Shown here piece by piece: positions 28,933-37,700 of a stretch of DNA of 48,675 nt. Source of the DNA: a virus (taxonomy: Duplodnaviria; Caudoviricetes). The notes under the pieces were generated by a model. The model had not been told where the DNA came from, ran no database searches, and saw only the letters and a list, made by a program, of their open reading frames with translations. The DNA is taken from positions 1 through 48,675 of IMG/VR virus record IMGVR_UViG_3300030376_003143; one strand, written 5' to 3'. How positions within the stretch are numbered: position 1 is the first letter of the stretch; every line of letters begins with the position of its first letter. Position numbers and translations under genes: made by a program.

Positions 28933-30126
28933 ATGGCAATATACGGTTCACGTTCGCCTTTTAAAAAAACTGAAGGCAAAGAAAGTCCTATGAAGTTTGG
29001 CTTTTTAGCAGCACCCGGCGCTAGCGCTGCAATTTCTTTAGGCGGAGCTGTCATGGGTTTTTTTGGAAAACGTAAAGCTAGAAGACAAGCTAGAAGACAA
29101 CAGCAAGCAGATCAACAAAGATTTAACGAAATGCAAGCTCAATACAATGCTATTGATTTTCAAAACCCATACGAAGGATTAACTAATCCATACGCAAATC
29201 TTACTAATCAAATGTCAGGCCTTACTAATCAGTATGATGGCATGACTAATCAATTTGCGGGCCTTACCAACCAATACGCTGGCTTACAGAGTCAATATGG
29301 CGGTATGGAAAATCAGTTTGCCGGATTAACAAATCAATACGCTGGTTTGCAGAATAGATTTTCTGGCATGCAGAATACTATGGAAGATCTAAGAGTTGAC
29401 ACTAGAGCCGCAGACTTTGCCAGAGAACAATCACAACAACAGCAAGCTAATTTACTAAGCAGTTTAGGTGGAGCGGCTGGTTCTAGTGGCGTAGCTGGTT
29501 TAGCACAAAGTTTAGCCGCGGCTGGCAACCAACAAGCAAGGCAAGCTTCTTTAAATATTTCTCAACAAGAAAGACAAAACCAAATGGCGTCTCGTGGAGA
29601 GGCCAGTAGAATACAACAAATGCAGTTAGGTGAAGCTTCTAGACTTGATCAACTAAGAGCCGGTGAAACAGCAAGGCTGCAAGGTATGACAGCTCAAGAA
29701 GCTGCTAGAATAGATCAATTACAAAGAGGTGATAGAGGTAGAATACAGCAATTGCAAATGGGTGAAAGAGCTAGACTACAAGGTCTTACTGCTCAAGAAG
29801 CCGGTAGACTAGACCAATTACAAAGAGGCGAAGCTGCAAGGCTTCAAGGGTTAAGCGCTTCAGAACAAAGCAGATTAGATCAACTTATGGCTAGCGGAGC
29901 TTTTCAAGTAGACATGCTAGATCGTAAAGGTCAGCAATATGTTGAACAACAAAACATAAACAGAATAACAAACATGTACGGCTTAAGTGCTAGTAACTTG
30001 GCTTCATCTACCGCTGTTAATCAACAAACTCCAGGTTATGCTGGTGATTTGCTAACAGCGTTTGGAAGCGCGGCAAGCGAAGGAGCTTTTGATGAAGGAA
30101 GCTTTTTAAGCAATTTATTTAGTTAA
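28933..30126 (+). CDS. Putative ejection / DNA-pilot protein with 7- and 11-residue repeats
   Basis: N-terminal G/A-rich hydrophobic segment, Q/N/R-rich repeats; first of three genes in the internal-protein position. Confidence 0.6.
   Translation: MAIYGSRSPFKKTEGKESPMKFGFLAAPGASAAISLGGAVMGFFGKRKARRQARRQQQADQQRFNEMQAQYNAIDFQNPYEGLTNPYANLTNQMSGLTNQYDGMTNQFAGLTNQYAGLQSQYGGMENQFAGLTNQYAGLQNRFSGMQNTMEDLRVDTRAADFAREQSQQQQANLLSSLGGAAGSSGVAGLAQSLAAAGNQQARQASLNISQQERQNQMASRGEASRIQQMQLGEASRLDQLRAGETARLQGMTAQEAARIDQLQRGDRGRIQQLQMGERARLQGLTAQEAGRLDQLQRGEAARLQGLSASEQSRLDQLMASGAFQVDMLDRKGQQYVEQQNINRITNMYGLSASNLASSTAVNQQTPGYAGDLLTAFGSAASEGAFDEGSFLSNLFS
29164..29373 (+). repeat. Ten tandem 21-nt (7-aa) coding repeats, consensus NQYAGLT
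   Basis: NPYEGLT NPYANLT NQMSGLT NQYDGMT NQFAGLT NQYAGLQ SQYGGME NQFAGLT NQYAGLQ NRFSGMQ. Confidence 0.9.
29596..29892 (+). repeat. Nine tandem 33-nt (11-aa) coding repeats, approximate consensus GEAARLxQLxA
   Basis: GEASRIQQMQL GEASRLDQLRA GETARLQGMTA QEAARIDQLQR GDRGRIQQLQM GERARLQGLTA QEAGRLDQLQR GEAARLQGLSA SEQSRLDQLMA. Confidence 0.9.
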
Positions 30127-30132
30127 TATATT

Positions 30133-31770
30133 ATGGCAGAAGATAAAGACAAACAAGGCAATGAGCTTTTAGGTCAAGACTTTCTTGGCGATATGCAAAA
30201 AAATATTGACAGCATGCCAACTACTGGTTTGTTTGATAAACTAGCTAAGCTTGGAGCACAACAAAGACTACAACCTTTAGCAGATCAAAAAAGATTTGAA
30301 AGCGGCTACAAGCCTCTTCTTAAAATGGTAGAAGACGCCGAAGACAGAGTTACAACTGGTATGCTAGCGTATAAGTTAGCTAATCCTGATATAGATGAAT
30401 CAAAGCTACACGGTGGTGTTGGAGATTTAGTTACCAATACTATGACTGAAAACAACGCTAGGTTTAAAGAGTTAAACAGGCAGCTAGCGTATATGTCTCC
30501 TAGAAATCCTAAGTATGCTGACTTAGTAGCTGAAATAGCGGAGATAAACAAAAACTCTTTAAGCTTGCGCGATCAAAACGCAAAGCTCATGGAAATAAAA
30601 AACACCATGAACGATGCTAACTTTAATCTTGAAGAAATGTCTAAAGGTAACGCGCCGGGTGTTAAGAACATGTATTCTGATATTCAGCAGGGTGTATCGG
30701 ACAACTTTCAAACTATAGACGGTAAACTTTATTGGGTAGATCCTAATCCTGATATTGCTGATGATGATCCTGATAAAAAAATATCTATAGAGTCGATTAA
30801 AGCAGGAACGCCTGAAATGACTTATGGTGCAGCTTTTGACTCTCACATCGATATGTTAGCCGCTGTTTCTGACATGCCGGCTGATAGCCCTAACTACGAT
30901 CAAAACATACATTATCAAGTTAACAATATGTTTAGCGATCTTGGTCAAGGCGGTGTTAAGTCGTTAATATTTGACTCTGAGCATAGCCTAGAAGATGACG
31001 AAGGAAATTTAGTAGGCTACAGCAAAAACGGAGACATGTTTAATACGTCAAATTGGTTTAATAAGTTTTACGAAGATTTAGGAGTGACAGATTCGGGCAA
31101 AATGATAGACGTTAGGCAAGCTATACAAAAAAATGGCGTTAACCACAAAATAAAAGGTGCTGACGGTAAAGAAGTAAAAGTAATTGATCATTTTAGAAAG
31201 TGGTATACCGATGAGCTTAAAAAAGTTGAAAAGTCTGAAAAAGGTAATCCTAAGCCTACAACTAACTTAAATAATTTTCCAGGTGAAGAAGAATCAGGAG
31301 GTACAGATGAAACTACAACTAATCTTCCAACAGTTTTAGATGAAAATTTTGAAACATCTTTAGAAAACGCTTGGGTTGCAGATGAAACACAGGCTGTCGC
31401 AAATATAAAAGAGTTAGTTAAGCTTCCAAAAGGCGTTACTGTTGACGAGGCGGTAGCTGGATCAGACTTTATAAAGCTAGATGATCCTTACGGCATATTT
31501 AGTAGTAGAGGAGGTAAATATGAATTAGGTGACGATCGTGAGTTAAAACAAACAAGACAATCGTTTACTTTAGATTTAACTGCTTATCAAATGATGATAA
31601 ATGAAGAAGCCCCTGAAGGCTTAGATATAGATTTTGCCAATACTACAAAACTACAGCAATACGACAAGATTAAATTCTTTTTAATGAAAAAAGGCGATGA
31701 AGACGGCACTATGCCTATGTTTAGAGATCTAACCCAAGATGAAATAAATAGCCTTACTAGACGTGGGTAG
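30133..31770 (+). CDS. Putative internal virion (ejected) protein
   Basis: 545 aa, helical and acidic; lies between the pilot-like gene and the giant protein. Confidence 0.5.
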   Translation: MAEDKDKQGNELLGQDFLGDMQKNIDSMPTTGLFDKLAKLGAQQRLQPLADQKRFESGYKPLLKMVEDAEDRVTTGMLAYKLANPDIDESKLHGGVGDLVTNTMTENNARFKELNRQLAYMSPRNPKYADLVAEIAEINKNSLSLRDQNAKLMEIKNTMNDANFNLEEMSKGNAPGVKNMYSDIQQGVSDNFQTIDGKLYWVDPNPDIADDDPDKKISIESIKAGTPEMTYGAAFDSHIDMLAAVSDMPADSPNYDQNIHYQVNNMFSDLGQGGVKSLIFDSEHSLEDDEGNLVGYSKNGDMFNTSNWFNKFYEDLGVTDSGKMIDVRQAIQKNGVNHKIKGADGKEVKVIDHFRKWYTDELKKVEKSEKGNPKPTTNLNNFPGEEESGGTDETTTNLPTVLDENFETSLENAWVADETQAVANIKELVKLPKGVTVDEAVAGSDFIKLDDPYGIFSSRGGKYELGDDRELKQTRQSFTLDLTAYQMMINEEAPEGLDIDFANTTKLQQYDKIKFFLMKKGDEDGTMPMFRDLTQDEINSLTRRG

Positions 31771-31785
31771 AGACATAAAAACTAT

Positions 31786-34700
31786 ATGAACAATATACAG
31801 CATTTATATAAAGCTTTAATAGAAAGTAATCTTTTAAACATATCGTTTGATAAGTTTTCGCAGTTCTACGAAAACGATAAGTACAAGCAAAATGTTTTTA
31901 ACGCTATCAAAGAAAAAGGTTTGTTTGACGGAGACTTTGAAAAGTTTTCAAGCATGTACAGTTTGCCTAAAGCAAAACCTAGCGTTGATGCCGACGGCAA
32001 CGACATAATGATTGGCGGTAAGGTTAGTCAAGAAGAAAACACTTGGATAGAGGATGCTTTTGGCAAAAACACTGCAACAGACTTTGTTGGTGATTTATAT
32101 AGATCTGGTAAACAAGGTTGGGCCGCAGGTCGAAGTGTAGATGAGGCTTTGGAAATCTATAAAAAAGGTAGAAACCTATCTGATGAAGATTTACAAGCTT
32201 TCTTAGACGCCAATAAACGCATGCAAGAAGCAGGCGTCACAGACGAAATGCTTAACTACCAAAAGATGTACGAAGAAAATGGTGGCGGCATGTGGGGCGC
32301 TGTAAAAGCTTTTGCGGCAAATCCTACTATAGCTCCCGCCGTAATCGTAAGCTCTATATCTCAAATGATTGCTTCTGCTAGAGACTCTGAAGAAGTGTTT
32401 GGCGCGGCCGCTGCTTCTTCCGGCGTTGGCGCTGCTGCAGGTGCTGCTATAGGTTCTACAGGCTTTTCACTTGGGCCTCTTGGTGCTTTAACTACAGCCG
32501 GCGGTGCAATATCTGGTGCTGTTGGTGGTTTTTTTGGCGGTCTTACCGGCGCAATGGAAACTGGTAACACTTTAGCTCAGTTACTACAAGAAGAGATTGG
32601 CGAAGGTGTAGAGATGACAAAAGAAAACGTTAGAGCTATACTAGAGGATGCTGATAAGTTTCAAGACTTAAAAGACAAAGCTGTAGCTAGGGGTTTAACT
32701 ATAGGTGCTATTGAAGGTGTAACAGCCGGAATATCAAGAGGTATAGGTGCTGTTGCTCTTAAAGGGGCCTCTACTATAAGCAAAAGTGGAAAAACAGTTC
32801 AAAAAGCCTTAACTGCAACGCAGAAAGGTAGACTAGCAAAACAAGTTGCTGCGTTAGAAATGAGTGCTGGTGCTGGTGGTGAAGCTTTAGGTCAAAAGGC
32901 CGCTGGACAAGACCTTGACGCTAGTGAAATATTTTTAGAAGGTATAGCTGAAGCTAAAGGTATTGCAAACGTTGCTGACATACTAACTAAAAAGTCTTAC
33001 ACATTAAACGGTGGAACTGCAACTAGAAAAGACATAGAAAGCTTTTTAAGCAACGAAAACATATCAAACGAAGACAAAGCTAAAGCTAAAATAGAAGTTA
33101 TCGGCGATAAGTCTTTAAAAGCTTTTGTTGATCAAACTCAAGGCAAAGCAATAGCAGACTCTCAAATAGACTCTAAGATAACAGATCAAGCTGATAGAGA
33201 GACTTTAGTTGAGCTTGAGCAGAAACGAGTTGATCTAAATAAAAAAGCAGAAAAGAAAGGTATAGAAAAAGTACCTAACGCTGCAGAGCAACTCGCTACA
33301 ATAGAAGCTGAAATAGAGGCTATTATAGGTAAGTACGAAGGCGCTGTAGAAATAGGTAAATCTGAAGGTGCTCAAAAAGTAAGAAGAGCTAGGCTAGATA
33401 TACTTAAAGATGAGATAACCGGTAAGGTTAAAAAGATGAAAGCCTATAAAGACATGGACATCGATACTTTTGAAGGAAGTATAGATGAAGTTGTAGAGCA
33501 ATACACCAACAACTTAGTTGAAAACGCTAGCTACGACATACAAGTTTTAGAGGCAGAGCTTAAAGGCTACCAAGAAAAAGGTGATACAAAGTCTGTTAAG
33601 AAAGTTCAAGAAATGATAGCTGATCGTCAGTCAATACTTGAAGATGCTACCAAGGGTTTAACACAAGACGAAAAAGGTAAAAAAATAAAAATATCTGAAG
33701 CTGTTAACACTGGCACTTACGGTATGCTTCTTGAAGATAATACCACTGGCAAGTTGAAGATGGTATTAAATAACGAGGCGGATATTACTGACGAAAAAGG
33801 ATATATTAATGTAGCCGCACACGAGTTCTTACATGCTGCTTTACGTAAAACGTTCTTTAAAAAATCTGATGTTGTAGCCGGCATGACCGAAGTAAAAGGC
33901 GCAGGTATACAAACTGGGCAAAAGCTTATTAATCATTTACTTGAGTCTGGCGAGGTTGAGTTTATTAACGAAATTAAGTCTAGGTTAGAAGCTTACGGTG
34001 CTGTAGACAAAGACGGTAAAGTTAACTTAACAGAAGACTTACAAGCACAAGAAGTTTTAAACTTGCTTTCTGACTCAATGGTTAATGAAATATACAAAGC
34101 TGAGAACGAAGGTTTCTTCGTTAAGCTTGGTAATATTATATCAGAGCAATTGCAAAGCTTACTGCCTGACAGTTACGCTAAAAAACTACAGTTCAAAGAT
34201 GGTAAGCAAGTGTTTGACTTTGTCAAAACTTTTGGCAAAGCTGTAGCTGGAGACAAAACCGCTGGTAAGATAATAGCAAGAGCTGCTAAGGAAGGTGTTG
34301 ACGTAGGCCCTATTAAAGGAAAAGAAGGCGCTAGAGTTACTGCTCAAAAGTCATCTGTAATACAAGAAAAAGTTGACGGTTTTGCGCTAAATGAAGACGG
34401 CTCTAAAATGACTAAGCAAGAGTACGACGACAAAGGCAGCGTCGATGCTTACATGTACTTAGTAAACGATCAAAACTTAGACCCTTTAATTAACAAGCAA
34501 TTAGTAAAAGCTGGTATAGATATTAGTGCTACAGATGCTAACGTAAACGGTGTGCCGCTAGAAGAGTTTAAAGAGCGTGTAAGAGAGTTATTAATTCCAG
34601 ACATATTAGGTTTCGACCCAGGTAAAGAAACCACTAAAGATGGTAAGTTTGGTTTATCTGGACACATAAACAGTCGTATAGCTTTTAGAGTTGGTGATGC

Positions 34701-37700
34701 TGCTAAAAAAGCTAAAAAACAAGTTACAGCAAGCTCTCTTGATAAAGACGTAAGTGGTGACGGTAAAATGACAGCCGCTGACTTTATAGCAGATGAACAA
34801 GATGCTATGATTGAAGATTTTGAAAATCAAGATCAAAGTATATTTGCCGAGCCAACAGAAGAGCGTGGTGTTGTAAAGTCTGAGTATAGACAAAAACTAA
34901 AAAGAAAAGACGGTAAAAAGTTTATTGCTGAAGAGCAAGAAGAAGATATAAGACAAGGTGTAAGAGATGTAGTTAAGTCTCAAAAGACTGAAATATCTGA
35001 AAAAGACTTTATGCTTAAGTTTGAAAACAATGTTAAGAAGAAAATGAAAAACATTGTGCAGCAAGCTATGGGTAGCGGTCAAAGCTTTATTGACTTTGTT
35101 TACGACAACATCGATGTTATACTAGAATATTCTACAATACAAGATCTTGTTGCTATGGAAAGGCTTGTTGGTCAAAAGTTTCCTGAAGGTAAAAGAATAT
35201 TCAGCGTTATAGTAAAGAAAAACATAAGTCCAACAGAGGTTGATAATGCGATAAACAAAGGTAAAATAAAACCTGACGTTGGTAGAAACACTGGTCCTGA
35301 TCTATACGAAAAGCGTAAGCCAACAAAAGCAGAGGTTGAAGCGTTCTTTTTAGGTAAAACTTCTGATGGTCAAACAATGGCAGAGGTATTAAACTACGAA
35401 ATAGGTAGATCAACTAGAGGTACTAGAAAAGATGGTTTATCTCGTATGATGATTTCTACACTAGCTCTTGACGCCGTGATGGAAACAGTTCAAGAGCCAG
35501 CGGTTCTTCAAGACGCTATGATATTTTCTCCTAACATAGATGTTGAAGTTCAACTTCAAGACTTGGCTAGAAAAGTAAATAGAGGTATTAACACTCAGTT
35601 TTCTCTTAACTCTACACAAGAAACACAAGCGTTAGAGCTAGTAAAAATGTTTAGAGTAGACGGCATACAAAGCGCTAACGTCAAAGCGTTTGTACAAGGA
35701 ATAACCAAAGACAAAGATCTTATAGTAGGTCACGCTATAAGAGAATACTTAAAAAGAAGACAAGAAAACTATACTAAAGTGTTTAAGCTACCTAACGTAG
35801 CAGAAGAATACGCTAAGCTAAAAAACAAAAGAGGTAACAAAAGTAAACCTGCGCATAAGATACTAGAAATATTAGTTATTAATAATTTAATTGAAGTAAC
35901 TAAAGGAAATAAAGATATAAAAGCTTTAATGAAAAAGCCTAGAGAAGGTGGTCTACCAGACATGTGGTTACAGTTTCCTGGCGGCGTTAAAATAGGTTTT
36001 GAAGTTAAAGGAGACTCTGCTAGAGGGGTATCTAATTCTTATCAATGGGATTTGTTAAACGACTCTGCTTTAAAAACTCCGCAGGAAGTTTTTAATCCTG
36101 ACGTTGTAAAAGAACTATACGACAAAGCTAAACCTATACTAAAAGAAATGGCCACCCTGCTTGGCTTAAAAGAATTTAACAGTAAAACTACTATTACTAA
36201 AGCTCAATGGGAAGTTATAAAAAACGCTGGGCTAGCAGCAAAGCTTTCTAAAACTTTTAAAATAGTTAGCGGTGAGTGGGTTTCGTTTGCTTACTTAAAC
36301 AAAAAAATCCCGTCTCAATATATAAACATGGGCTCTGCTGGGCTTTTTCACTTAGGCGACACAGACGTTTTAAGCTTAAAAACTAAAGGAATTAACGATG
36401 CCGTTATACCTTTAACTATAAGAATGTCTAGATCAAGCAGTGGCAAGCTTATATTAAGAGTAGAACCTCAGCTAAACGCTGCTGCGTTTAAAAAAGCTAA
36501 ATTAAATCTTTTTGTAAAGCAAGACGCTAAGCAAATGGCTTCAACGGCTAATGTTAGAGCGCAGCTTTCAAAAGGTAGAGCTAAAAACCAAACAACAATT
36601 AATAACGCTCACAATAAAGCTAGGCTGATAAACTCTGACACTGAAGCTAAAGGCATAAGCATATTTGACTTTGACGAAACCGTTGGTGTAAGCGAAAACT
36701 TTGTAATCGCAACTAAAGGCAAACAAACTAAACGTATAGCTTCTGATGAGTGGCCATTTGTTGGTGATGTGTTAGCTAGCGAAGGTTGGAATTTTGACTT
36801 TACAGACTTTAACAGAGTTACTAAAGGTAAGCCAGGTCCGCTAATGCAAAAGCTTAAAAATCAAATAAAAAAGTATGGCGCTAAAGACGTGTACATACTT
36901 ACAGCTAGAGCACCTGAAAGTCAAAAAGCAATACATGACTGGTTAAAAACACAAGGCGTAAACTTACCTTACGAAAATATTACTGGCTTAGGCAATAGCA
37001 CTGGCGAAGCTAAAGCTATGTGGATATTAGACAAGTATGCTAACGAAGGATATAATGATATTTACTTTGTAGACGACGCTATGCCAAACGTTGAGGCTGT
37101 AAAAAACATAATGGATCAGCTAGACATTAAGTCTAAATCTGTTCAAGCAAGAGCACAGTTTAGTAAAGGTTTAGGCAAAAAGTTTAACGACATCATAGAA
37201 CAAAACAAAGGTGTAGATGCTGACAAAATATTCTCAGACGTGTCTGCTAAAAAGTTTGGAAAAAGAAATAATCCGTTTAGATTTTTTGTTCCACCAAGTG
37301 CAGACGACTTTGTGGGCCTACTTAGATATTTTGTTGGCAAAGGTAAAGTTGGTGAAGCTCAAATGGAGTTCTTTAAAAAAGCTTTAATTGATCCATTTGC
37401 TAGAGCTTATAAAGAAATGAACTCTGCTAAGATGGCTATACTTAACGACTATAAAGAGTTATTGAAACAGTTTCCTGATGTTAAAAAGAAATTAGGTAAG
37501 CTTATACCTGGATCTGAGTTTACTTATGACAACGCTGTTAGAGTATACTTATTTAACAAGGCTGGTCATAGTATACCAGGCTTGTCAGACAAAGAAGTTG
37601 CTGAGCTCTCTGACGTTGTAACTTCTGATCCAGAGCTTTTAGCTTTTGCGGAAACGTTAAGCGCTATATCTAGGGTTGAAGAAGGTTATGCTAAGCCAAG

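Noticed and set aside
29164-29892. CRISPR array
   Set aside because: Repeats are degenerate, in-frame coding repeats with no unique spacers
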